A stretch of DNA of 63,990 bases, counting the filler, from Trypethelium eluteriae (Eukaryota): the NCBI GenBank assembly GCA_051942245.1. It is 3 parts of 3 records of this genome, joined end to end, with 100 filler letters (N's around TTAATTAATTAA, not from the genome) between each part and the next. Parts side by side here need not be neighbours in the genome. Positions count along the whole stretch, not along the records: positions 22,109 to 44,114 come from JAVECL010000451.1; positions 44,215 to 63,990 come from JAVECL010000516.1; 1 more part is not named here. One strand, written 5' to 3'. Numbering within the stretch: the first letter of the stretch is position 1; each line of letters begins with the position of its first letter. Of the stretch, positions 37,447-49,623 are shown in pieces. The notes beneath the pieces were generated by a model that saw nothing but the letters and a program-made list of their open reading frames with translations, was not told the origin of the DNA and ran no database searches. A program made the translations under genes and the position numbers.

Positions 37447-38934
37447 TGTTGACACAAGCGAAATTGTCGAATGGGATTTACGAAGTAGAGGATGGGTATT
37501 GGAAAGAGAGTATGAGAATTTGGAACGCTGACTTTGCTATTCGAAAGTTCGGACCTTTCATGTTTAAGTGATCATGAGTTGGGAAATTGATATTTCCAAG
37601 GAGCGCAGCAATGGAGTGAGCTGACACTGGTAAACTCCTGGCTGCGACGTTTTGGCACTGCAGAAGTTGAAGATCATGCGCTTGAAACAATGAAAGAAAA
37701 GGAATCTACTACAATTTTAGCAATGAGGTGGTTCGCGAGCGGTTCCTTGCAGGGGAGTAGCGTGTATCACATTGCGCTGAAACATCTTCTGTTGCGAAAC
37801 TGCGACTTGCGCACGCGTATGTAGAACAAGCCATTACGGAGCTGGACCAACATCCCAACCGATGAACAAGAAAACTCCAGCGACACGTCAATGAAGATGT
37901 GGAAAGTAAAAGAAAAGAAAAAGCTTTAAAATTTTCATTCCCTTTGCCGAAACAGCGGATCTGGGCCGCGACCCATGAAAACGACCAACAACACCATCTG
38001 CTGAGCATCCAAACATATCAACAAAAAACTAATAAAATCTAGATCGGATCCGACGCAAGAAGCTGGCTACAGTCTTGCAATGAGGTTTGTTATGAAGCTC
38101 GGCAGCTCCTCGAAGCGGCTTTTGGATACGTATTGTCAAAGCCACTCTCCTGAACAAATTCTAATTTGTTATATGTGAATGTGCGCCATATTTACTTTAG
38201 TGCACGGCTCATACGTTCGGTATTTCCACCCTTTTTGAGCTCTGCAAGGCAAATGGGCCAGCTAGCTGAACCTCAAAGTCTCATACGAGGCTTGCCCAAT
38301 GCCATCGTAATCCGAAATTTATAAAGCACTTCGCTTCACGTGTGAGGAAACATGGCAAGATTGATGGTTTGTCGTGACCTTTCCGGGAGGAAAACATGTC
38401 GAGCATAGTCGCACTGATGGTAATGGGTGCCGACGAAAAGCTTCTACCTCTCTACGATACGTGATGCTATACCTGCGTCCCAGAAATCTGCTTCAGGGAT
38501 GATCTCCACTGGCCATCCATACTATGTCGGGCAGCGCACATTCATTTGAACTCGGGTTGCCAATGTGGGGCGGAACTCCTAGCTACGAGGCTGAAAAGAG
38601 TTGTTCCATCCACCGTGAAAGCGACCGTGTGGCGGTAACCCTCCATACTTGTAAACCTATCAACGGAGTAAAAAATCTCCGAAGAGCACCTCAGAAGCCA
38701 TTGGCTAGATATTGTGGCATTTCAAGACGCTCATATTCGATCGATCAGGTCATCGACGTAGTTTGAGATGCTCTGCCTCGCTAAAATCCAAAGCTGTAAA
38801 TAGACCAGGAGTGCTATGACGTTTGATCGAGCTGTCACCACCTTGGATTAAGAAAATGCGGTCGTTGATATTGCGACACTCCCCACCACATGTCGTCAAG
38901 ATGCCTTTTCGAGTGCACAATTGGCCCCAATAAA

Positions 38935-39730
38935 ATGCTACCACTATCACTGTCTTTACGAACGAAAGGCTCGCATCTCTCCTTCCTTTCTCGACCGCTG
39001 CGAACCCTACAACCCGCCACACTTCCCAAGAAATCTCCGCGCTTGCATCCAGGCAACGTTTACTGCAGGACCCGGCTACATACACGGTCTATTCACTTGA
39101 CAACTAGGACTTTCGCAGCACGTCCTCCCAGATCTCGCGATCGAGGTCCCCCAAGCTCCGAAGACACCCAAACCGACTTTTCTGCCTTGAATGTCCTTGG
39201 TAGTGCTGCGCCGCCTACTACAGGCATTGATGCATGCACAAATGACGGTTTTGTACTGAATAATGATGTCCGAATAGCGGGTAGCGGTGTGCTTCTCGTG
39301 AGTGGAGAAGCTTTTCGATGGAGACCATGGATTGGTGCTAGCAGAAGGGAGGGAACAATCGCAGAGGGTGGAAAGGGAGACAACGACCTTGTAAAGAGGT
39401 TGAAAGACTCTCGAGGACTGTGGGAAGCTCACATCAAAGCTTGGGGTATTCTGGATTTGGTCTGGCCGAAACCCGGTAAGTCCTTTCAGCGTCGCGAAGA
39501 GACGCAACGAATTAAATATTGATACTGTACTACTAGATCTTCTGATTCTTGGCACTGGTCCTTCAACCCGAGCCCCCTCTCCAATAACAAGACGATATTT
39601 ACATGACCTGGGGATACGATTGGAAGTGCAGGATACAAGGAACGCAGCGGCGCAATTCAATTTACTTGCTACGGAGCGAGGGCTTACACAAGTAGCAGCA
39701 GCACTCGTGCCTGTGGGCTGGAGAGAATAG
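38935..39730 (+). CDS. NDUFAF3: Mth938-domain complex I assembly factor (NDUFAF3-like)
   Basis: Mitochondrial-type presequence; WPKP|DLLILGTG across intron 39476-39536; DTRNAAAQFNLLATERG. Confidence 0.88.
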
Positions 39731-40504
39731 ATCAAAATGTCTTCACGCATTGGCGACGGATTCACAGGAGTTCTCAATTAATCGCGGAAGACCGTATAAT
39801 ATTGAAACGATCTCGTCTTCAGTGCAGAGCGTCTTTGCTTGCCCAAAGGACATATATAGTCTCGTCGCCTTTGAAGAGCAGAAAGACCAGGAAGGGGTAA
39901 TACCTATTCATGCCTCCTTAAAAATTATGGACTCAAATTTGACATGGAAGGACGTTCACCACAATAGACTGCATATCTCCGAATGTAGGTCCTAAAGGAG
40001 TCTCATCCATCATGGACGTTATCAAGAAGGACGTATGAGAACTATGATAGACTCTTTCATCTTGCAACAGAATAGCACATCAACTCGCAATCGTCTGAAG
40101 GACAAGATATTCTCCAGATAGACTACACCTCAAAAGGACTTGTAGAATTGCCAAAGGCCAAGTAGTCGAATATGTAAGTTGCGTCCAGCTGAGCGTAAGT
40201 GAATCACATAGAGAGTCTGTACAGACTAATTTTGCTCGTATCTGCCTCAGAGCTCTCTCGCTCCCAACATTGTGGAGCAGCTCAAAGTGGAGAACGAATA
40301 CAAGATGAAAACCAAACAATTTACCATGGGACTCCGTGATGACCGAGTCAGCGCGCTAGCGTCCCAACGCTAACTTTGGTTGGTTAGTAGCCACTCGCCG
40401 CCCGGACTTTCTTGTGCAACAACTTCACTTTGTTCATTTAGATACCTGCCATTACGACTTCACACCACAACATCAACGCAACTACCTCTCCTCACGCGAC
40501 AAAG

Positions 40505-41983
40505 ATGGCCAGTAAGAAGAAACGTGGCCCCGATCTGGATGATCTCCTCGATCGTCCGTGGTGCTATTACTGTGAGCGCGATTTTGAAGATGTTCGCGTC
40601 CTCATCTCGCACCAAAAGGCAAAACATTTCAAATGCCCAAAATGCACACGACGCCTAAACACAGCTGGTGGTGAGTATGTCTGATTCAGATATCTTGACT
40701 CTGCTAAAGCAGGCTTCATTTTAGGGCTCTCTGTTCATCTGAATCAAGTCCACAAGGATACCTTGGATGAAGTTGAAGGCGCTGTGGTTAGCCGTCGCGA
40801 CCCTACTCTTGAAATCTTTGCTATGGAGGGTATTCCAGACGACATTTTACAAGCACACCGTCAACGTGTCATTCTCAAATTTCACGAAGAACAAGCCGCC
40901 CATCAGGCATTAACTGGTAATCCTCCATCAGGAGGTGGGGCTACCAGTCACGCATCAAAGAAATTGAAGCAAGAAACCCCTCAGGAAATCAAACAACGTC
41001 TCGCAGAACGTATCGCAGAATCTAAGGCCAGACGAGCCGCGCAGCTAGAGGCGCAAAAGGGAGGAAGCGACGTCACTGCCAGTCAAGAGATGAGTCAAAG
41101 CCAGGAACAATTTGTAAGTTCGCCTCACTGTAGTAGATTTTTCTTCTATACTTACACTTCTTAGCATGCGACCTCTGCAGCGTATATACAGCCTCCGTAT
41201 CCCGGATCTCAAGTTAGTCCCCCTCAACCAGGGTTTGCTCAACCGCATTACTCGTATTCGCAGCCACCCACAGTGCTACAGCCTTTCACTCAGACTCCTC
41301 CTCCGCAGCCTGTATTCGGACCTCCAGGACAGCAATATACAGCGCCCGGCCAAACCTATAATACACAGCCTTACCCTGGCCCAGCAACTCCTTTCCAGCA
41401 GCCTTTTCAGACAGGGCCTTCGCGTTTCGGCGCTGGATCTCCTGCTTCTGTAAATCCGTATCAAGCTCCCCAGCAGCGTCAGAGTCCAGTTGAGAATGGC
41501 AATACACCTCGCCAAACCAATTTAACACCAGCACCTGGTTTGCCCCCCCGTCCTGCCTTTGGTACGCCTTCAGTCAATGCCTTTGAGATGCAGCAACTTC
41601 ACCACGGCCATATGCCTGGACAGAACAGTGTGCCAAGTCATCACGTCCAACAGACACCTGCTCAAACCCCCAATCCGGAAATGCAGAAGTACCTAAGTGA
41701 AGCTCATCAAGTTCCTGCTAACACAATGTCTCCGAGTGGTTTAGCTTCGGGTACTGTCCAACACGGCGAAACTGCTACAACATCTGCAGTCCAGGAAGCT
41801 CCTCGCGCGGACAAGAAGGCTCAAAACAAGCGCACAAAGATGGTTTATCCCGATGACGAGGTCAGCCCTGAGGAGAAGTTATCGGAATTGCCAAAATATG
41901 CTTTCCATCGACCTGCTGTAGAGACCACAACGGGCGACATTGAAGCCAAGCAAACAAACCCCGTGGATGCGACAGCGGATTAG
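40505..41983 (+). CDS. C2H2 zinc finger protein, BuGZ/ZNF207 homolog
   Basis: [13 protein letters not shown]...[25 protein letters not shown]; introns 40671-40724 and 41114-41164; Pro/Gln-rich tail; [12 protein letters not shown]. Confidence 0.9.
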
Positions 41984-44068
41984 GCATCTGTTTGAAGCTT
42001 ACCTTGCACATGCTTCAGCACGGAGACTTGAAAATCGAGAGCTAAGTTCGTTGGCTTCTTTCACCTTTCTCGACCTTGACTTGTCATTACTTTATTCAAC
42101 TGTACACAGGCGTCACGGTCCTGGAGGAAGCTTTCACTTACGAATAAATCCACGGCTTCAGTAAGTGGCATTGAATTGCGGTGCTTTTGAGGTGGGACGC
42201 TCAATCCAAAAGGCAGTATAATGAGTCGGCAGCATGACGTTAGACACCTCTAGACTCACTCTAAGTAAGTCGCGACGAGGTTGGTACTCTCTTCACCATC
42301 ACGGCATCCATCTGTATTAGGAGTTCGAGGAAGCTTGATTGCTCTTGCTTGATTGGCCATTTGTCAATCCCCATCAGATAATTCAACTAACAATGAAGTT
42401 GCTACCACAACTCCATCGCCATAGGTATTTTTTGTCTCTATTCTTTTGGATACTCACGCTTTTGTATATATCCCAAATTCCACATTTTTGCATTTCTATT
42501 GCATTTATGTGTATTTTGCAATAAGAGCTCAGTTACTGCTACATATTCAATACATGGCTCTGTGGAGACTCTAGAATTACGTGTATGTTACGTTAATTCT
42601 TGGTCTTGAAGTCAAAGGAAATGTATTTAATCAGGTCGACACAGACGCTAACGTCCATGCGTCTGTGCTTGTTCCTCCGTTTGTTGGCTCATACCTTTCA
42701 CCTTAGACGACTGCCTCCATATCTCAGCAGACATTTCTACATTGATCTTGGGCATTCAAGGTATGGTCTGAACATTAGGACATTTCCTCAGCAGCAACTG
42801 GTTAAGGTTGTGAGGATCCGAGTGACCTGTGTGATTGCATCGTGATATTACAAGCCGAGTCCATTTTCAAGCTTTCCCTGGGAATCTATACGCTTTCAAG
42901 CCCACTATGCACTTGCTAATAATGTGACCGCTCCATTACATGACTTCATAAGAGACTATCAGTTGAATATTCCCGAGATCTTTTAGATTCTCTCTTCATG
43001 CCGGTACCATACTCCCAGCCCGCATGTTCACCCGGGGCGGACGGTCATAGACATACATCTCTTTTACGCTTCCGGTAAATCGTTTCCAAGTCATCCCACG
43101 ACCTATCCTGTTTACCTTGACCGTACCCACATATTGCTCTTCAGCGTGTCCATCCGAGACATAAACGTCTTGACTTTGTATCCAGGGGGTACGAGGCAGA
43201 GAGATTGTCTTTAAAGGCTTTGAGTAATCTAAAGTATCCACCTTTATCAGTGCCTTTCGTTCACGAGGACGTAACGGCGTCGTTAAGGGCACTTACGATC
43301 TAGGCTCTCCTCGTTGACTAAGTAGAGACTCTCATTGCTGGTGACGAGCACGACGACTTGAGAATTCCTTCTGCGGCCCCAGGATCGTGTGCGCTGGGGA
43401 TGCCCTAAATTATGTTGTGTGCTGCTTTCAGGAATCACAGTCTTCTCCACATTATTTGACTCCATTGGGGATGAGTCTATGCTCATAACTGCGTGACAAG
43501 AAGACAGAAAATGCTTCAATATTTGGAATATTCGCTTCTAATTCGATGAAGAAGATCTCGAGTCGAGGAGAAAGTCGGTTGGGCGTAAGTTAAGGCTGGT
43601 GACTTGTAATTCTTTGACTCAAAGCGCGGGACGCTGATTGCGAAACAAGGCGAAACCACTGATATCACAAGGTTTAATAATGGGAAAGAGAAGAGAGGAC
43701 GACGGCGACGGTGCAAGTGACGAGTTCAATTATTCAGGAGGCTGTGTCGCTTCGAGTGATTGTGGACAAGGCAGATTCTGGATCCGCGAATGGCGGCGAT
43801 CAAATGACGTGGAATTGTCACAGAACAACCGACCAACCGATGAGCCTCAACAGGTGGCACCGTGGGTGGGCAGAGATGAGACCTAACTCAGACACCATTA
43901 ATTGTCTTGCAAGCTAACACCCCGAAGTGGTTAATACCACTGTGGCCGTGAGGCCAGCTTCTCCGGTCATACCCGCAACTTTATACCGATTAGTTGCTCC
44001 AAAGGATGAATACAAGTGAGGTACCTTACCATCGCCATACTCGGAGCAAGGAGATCTCCAAAGATCTC

Positions 44069-44105
<37 letters not shown>

Positions 44106-44114
44106 CTTTGACCA

Positions 44115-44214
44115 NNNNNNNNNNNNNNNNNNNNNNNNNNNNNNNNNNNNNNNNNNNNTTAATTAATTAANNNNNNNNNNNNNNNNNNNNNNNNNNNNNN
44201 NNNNNNNNNNNNNN
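44115..44214. other. Assembly gap with six-frame stop linker
   Basis: N run - TTAATTAATTAA - N run, preceded by a long poly-A. Confidence 0.95.
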
Positions 44215-46298
44215 ATGGTGGTGAGGTTGTGGAGGTGGGCGGCAAGGAGGTCGGGGGTGAGGCGCGAGTTGCGGAGGGCGTGGAGGGTGTAGATGGTGGC
44301 TTCGGGGATGTAGCGTTTGGAGTTGGTTTGATATTGGAGACAGAGAGAGACGAGGTAGGCTCCAGTTGTGAAGTCGGTGGAAAGAGGTGAGTCAGTAACA
44401 CGGGATAGACCAAGCCATTGAGTCATAATGGTGATGGCAGGCGTGACGACCGTGTGAAAGTGGTCAGAGGTAGGATAGATGGAGCCAATGGCAGTCAGCA
44501 ACGCAAGGTCACCGGAATCTGGTTTCGACTTTTGTCGCATAGAGGTGAGGTGTGCTCGAAAAGCATTGGCAATTTTCTCAGGATAGGTTCTCGAGAGAGA
44601 ATGAACATGACGTATGATTATTTCGACGGTATCCAAAGATTGCATATCTTGCGTCGCGTGCGATATATGGTCGACTAGAGCGACTGAGAAGTTTGCGAGC
44701 TTGGCCTTATTGTCTTCGTGAAGCTGTGGATGATATAGAGTCCGAATTCGACGAATTACTGTTGGAACGTCCGAAATGGGCACTCCTCCGAATACTTTCA
44801 AGAGCTCATCGTGGGAAGCTGGACATGGATAAGTATACGCCAAGTCTTCAGTGGAGGTTAGATTTGAAGTTGGTTTCTTTGAATTAGCAAACTCTGGTCT
44901 GCCAAGCTCTTCTTTTGAAAGCAATCCCTGCACAAAATCATCTTCTTGCGCATCATTGACTTGGTCTTCCTCTGCCGTAGCCCAGTCTTCATCTCCAGAC
45001 AGGATGGGATCCGCATCCGAGCCACTCGCAATCAGATCGTCCTCTATGAGAAATTCATCTTCGTCATCCAGCACCAACTGCGCTTGGCTACTTGGTGGCG
45101 GTCCAGATAATCCAAATTGTGCCGCGTCATCTGGATCTTCTTCAAAGTGGTCATCCGTGATGTGAGATTGAGTCTCTTCATCATCCTCTTCATCTCTCAC
45201 CTGCTCCCCACGCATGCGACGGAGACGTTGTTCTTCTAACTCTTTGAGCCTCGCAGCCTCCTCTTTTGCCTTCTCTTCTTCGGTCTTAGTTCGTTCTGTA
45301 GGAGCGGCTCGCTTGTCCTGAGCCATCTGCCTAAGCTGCTCATCATACCGTTTCTCGACCTCTTTTCTACTCGCTCCGTTCAGCATTGCCGCTCTCTCGG
45401 GATTCATGATGATTTCGCGATTGTGCACTTCTGGAGCTGCAGGAGTGGGTGGTGGCCTTTGAGAGATTTTGCCTCTAAGCTCTGCCAATATGTCCGGAAG
45501 TCCTTGATCAAGTTGCTCTCTTAGGTTATCGTCGTCTTCTTTTGCTTGCTGCCGTTCATATTTGTAAAGTTTTGACTTGGCGATGACCTCTTTCATCACC
45601 TCAGCTTTGCTTTTCTTCCGTTCAGGATGCTCCTCATTCTCTTCTGATCCACCTTGCTCTGCATCGCTTTCGTCGCCTCGCTTCCTCTTGCGCAAAATAC
45701 CACCAGCCTCCTCATCCGATTCCGGCCCGTCAGACAGCCCCGATTCACCCTCGTCAAAATCATCCTTGGCAGTCTGCCCATTTCCAAACTCAAGCGTCCG
45801 GCCGCCATGCGTCAGTAGCTCCTCTTCCTCCTCAGCATCCTCCAGATCAAAGACATTTCCTTTCCTCTTCTGCTTCTCCCTTGCAAATCTCTGCAAGGCC
45901 ATCTCTTCCGGCGTCATCGAGGGATCACTCTCTCCAATTCGTCTGTCCACAATACCGCCAACCCGGTTCCGCCTTTGCATCTCCGGAAGTAGCATCCTGC
46001 GCCTCGCCTCTTCGCCTGCGCTCTTCGAGACTCCCGGTCGACCCAGTACGACCCGGCCATTCTTGCTCGAGATAGACTGATTGGTTGTGACGTCGAACTT
46101 TCGCGGCCGAGCTGCGGATTTGACATCAAAAGGGTTGAAGTTCGTACGAATATTTTCGAGGGTGCGGTTGCGCTGGACTCTCCGATCTGCTGCGGCGTCG
46201 TGACGAGCTTGCTTCTTTTGTTTCTTGGATTTTTGGGGACCAGTGATGCCCTGGTCTCTTAGTGACGCCTTCAGTCGCTTGAGCTGAGAGGCCGGCAT
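44215..46298 (-). CDS. NOP14: Nucleolar protein Nop14 (3' truncated by gap)
   Basis: MPASQLKRLKASL, GGIVDRRIGE.DP.MTPEE, KSKAEVMKEVIAKSK, YPTSDHFHTVVTPA, KRYIPE. Confidence 0.95.
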
Positions 46299-46540
46299 AC
46301 TCTGAACACGCCCAAACTGACGTTACTCTTCTATGAGTAGAATTCGAGGTGCAGACCATTTTTAGTTTAGGCGGGGAAATTTTTGCCGGGGCCGCGAAGC
46401 TTCGACCTCCAGTCTTGGCATCAACTTGTCCTTTTACCAAGCTATCTCGACCTCGAATTTCGAGCATCCTACCTCCCCACAGTAGGACTTCGCAACCTTG
46501 CATTTTCTTGTCGTTTCCCAGCAAGGTCCCTCGCGTCCCA

Positions 46541-47198
46541 ATGGCGCCAAAAAATCGAACCAGCCCGGCCGCAGTCTCTCCCGCTGCTGCTGCCCCCCAG
46601 CACGCAACCAGCTCGGCAGCCTCCCAACCCGCCAAATCCTCCTCTTCCTCCTCGGCGACTTCCTCGACTTCCAGTGGAAAGAGTCTCCGCTCCGCGCAAA
46701 ACGCACAAGAGATCCTACTAGGTGTATGGCAGAATTATTTGGACCAGACGCCCATGCGGGTGAAGTTGATTGACATCTTCATGGCATTTCTGGTGATAAA
46801 CGGGGTCTTCCAATTTGTCTACTGTGTTATTGCAGGCAATTATGTAGGTCATTCACACAAGGCCCTCTACAAAAAGGAGCCAAGATCTTTTGCTAATTTT
46901 CCTGTCTCCTTCGTAGCCATTCAATGCGTTCTTAGCAGGTTTCTCGGCGACTGTGGGTCAATTTGTCTTGACAGCAAGCTTGCGAATCCAGACGAATCCA
47001 GAAAACATGGGGGAATTCAAAACGATATCGCCGGAGAGGTAGGACTTCTGTTTCTTTCACTTGGCCGTACTATTGTACAGTCCAGACTTCGAGTATGGAG
47101 AGTGTTGAGATTGAGCTAATCCTCAATTTAGGGCGTTTGCCGACTACGTATTTGGAAGCATTCTTCTGCACTTCTTTTGTGTAAACTTTATCAACTAG
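46541..47198 (+). CDS. OST2: Oligosaccharyltransferase subunit DAD1/Ost2
   Basis: [43 protein letters not shown]; introns 46844-46916 and 47039-47131. Confidence 0.95.
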
Positions 47199-47385
47199 CG
47201 GGTGCGTCTGCGAAGCTGTATACTGACCCCAAAACCCATTATACACACTTGTATGAATATATTAAAAAAATCATCTCAAGCCTCCCATTGCCGATGTGTC
47301 ATCCACCATGCTATATGCAATCATGTCTTCGAACAATCTAGGGCTACTCGAAAATAGATTCATCGTCCCGATCAGAATTCTACCT

Positions 47386-49057
47386 TCATACGCCATTGCT
47401 ATCATTCGATATGCCAAAGCTCCCTCTTAGCGCATCGCCGAACCGTTTGATAGCTTCCTCAATCTTATCAAATGGGGCCGCGCAAAAAGTCGCACGGAAG
47501 AACATAGTATCGTGCTGAGTAGTTGGATCAGCATAGAAACAGCTGCCCTTGATGAGCAAAGTTCCATTAGCTATACAGGCCATGAAGATTTCATCTTCGA
47601 GCTCGAGAAGGGACTTGGCAGGGTAGCTTCGATGCTTTTTGTAATCAATGTGCAACGCTTGGAACATACCAGCCGCTGGAGGTGCCCAACTGACTATTTC
47701 TCTAGGGAGATACCTATCACAGGCACCGACAATGACATTTCGTCGCTTAGTGTACTCCATCCGAAGATGAACCAGCCAATCCAGGAAACCTCCATGGTCC
47801 CAGTGTTCGTCCAAGAGCTTGAAGAAGAGCAGCTGACTCAATCCGCTAGCTCCCTGTGTCGAGATATCTGCATGCTTCGTGTATCGTTCGATGATCTGCT
47901 CGCTCGCTGTGAGCCAACCTAGTCGACATCCTGGCGCAAGCACCTTGGAGAAAGAGTCCATACGCATGACTCTGCCGTCAACGTCCATACTGAGATAACT
48001 CGGGATGAGACTCTTGAGGAACTCCTCCCTGCTCTTGGGTGGTGGGGTGTCAGGATGATCCGGACCGACGTACGGCTGCATTTGCAGAAAATAGTAAGGG
48101 TCATCCTCCAGAATGTACAGATCGTGTTTCTGAGCAACAGCATAAATGTCTCGCCTTCGCTGCTCTCCCTGAGTGGCGCCGGTGGGGTTCTGACCGATTG
48201 GCACGGTATAAAGAAGGAACGGCTTGCTTGCCCCTCTTGCTTTCTCGTCCCAAGAGCTCAGAACATCGTCAAGGCCAGTAGCTGACAGGCCTTCTTCATC
48301 CATTGGTACACTCGCGATCTTCACACCCAGTGGCGAAGCAGTTTCTACAGCGGCAGAAAATGTGTACTCTTCACTTAGCATCATGTCTCCTCGCTCACAA
48401 AACATGCGAATGGCCATCTCTAAAGCAGACGTGTTTCCCACTGTCATTGTACAGTTCCAGTCTGCATATGGAGGATTGTGGACAATCTCAGTATGTTCAA
48501 TTACGAAGCGCAATATTTGCGGAGAGCCAATGCCTAACCCGTAATTGAAGGCGGTAGAAATGTCATAGACTGATTTACCGAGCTGAAGGTCATATTTGCC
48601 AGCCTCAAGAGTTGTTCCTGATTCTCGCGTTTCGGCTTCAGTCCAATGTGGAGGGGTGGGTACCTTTACGGATAACGTGTCAAAGGGGAAATACTCGCTC
48701 GACGGGAGCCCGCCACCTAATGAGATCAGTCCTGGTGTCATCAGGTATTTGGCAACTTTCTTTAGTGAGTTTCCTTCGCGGGTCCGGCATTCTAGAGAAA
48801 GTCGGTCTGAGAAGATACATTAGAATGGTGGAATTGGATGACTTGAACTACTTACAGTCCCAATTCTTGGCCTTGTGCTTCTTTTCGTGGGCATTTCCTT
48901 TGAACGTGCTACTAGGAATAGAAGCTGCAACTCCGGCCACCAGCTTCCCGCTCGCCGATCTTCGATTCGCAACGCTATCCAAAGTCAACGGGCCGAGAAT
49001 AGTAACGGCAGAAGTGTCAGTCTCCGCTTCGACATTTATTGCGATTGGGGGCGCCAT
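47386..49057 (-). CDS. ARO8: Aromatic/2-aminoadipate aminotransferase (PLP class I)
   Basis: ISLGGGLP, GQNPTG, EDDPYYFL, DSFSKVLAPGCRLGW (PLP Lys); intron 48807-48855. Confidence 0.92.
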
Positions 49058-49623
49058 GTTGCGAGAACAAGGAGAGAAAAGATGAATTCGATACGCGAAA
49101 GTCGAAAGCAACGAGGCAGAATTATTTCACGATGCCTTGATAACCGGGAGCATCTTATACGTATACATATCGCCCGTAGGGCGTGGGGGATTGGCAGGGG
49201 TTGAATGAGCAACAAATGGATATCGACGGACGATGCATTTATCCTAGTCAGGCTTGGTTTAGATGCGGGAGCGATGGCAATAGTTTATTAGTTTACCATC
49301 ACCAGCCCGATGACAGCGGCTTGCGTCGGTTGTATGACACCAGGCATCACCGCATTCCGGCCCAAATACAAACGCAACATGTCATCTACTTTCTGATTCG
49401 ACAATTCCATCGTCGTCACGATTACCATACAAAATACAGGCCAGAAGAGCCTCAATGCTGACTATAACGGCAGCTTCTACCCCGATACCCCTCCACCCCG
49501 CATTTCCCCAAGTAGGTGCCGCCCCGCATAGTAGACAGAGCTGTGTAACACTGCCGGATTGCTCCTTCCGAAGTCGCTGTAATGGGCTGGAGGCTATCTG
49601 CTGCCTGCTGGCACCTCAACAGG

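Noticed and set aside
39076..39777. 233-aa minus-strand ORF
   Set aside because: Antisense shadow of the NDUFAF3 gene
42996..43716. Short minus-strand ORFs, possible small gene
   Set aside because: No consistent splice model or recognisable motif
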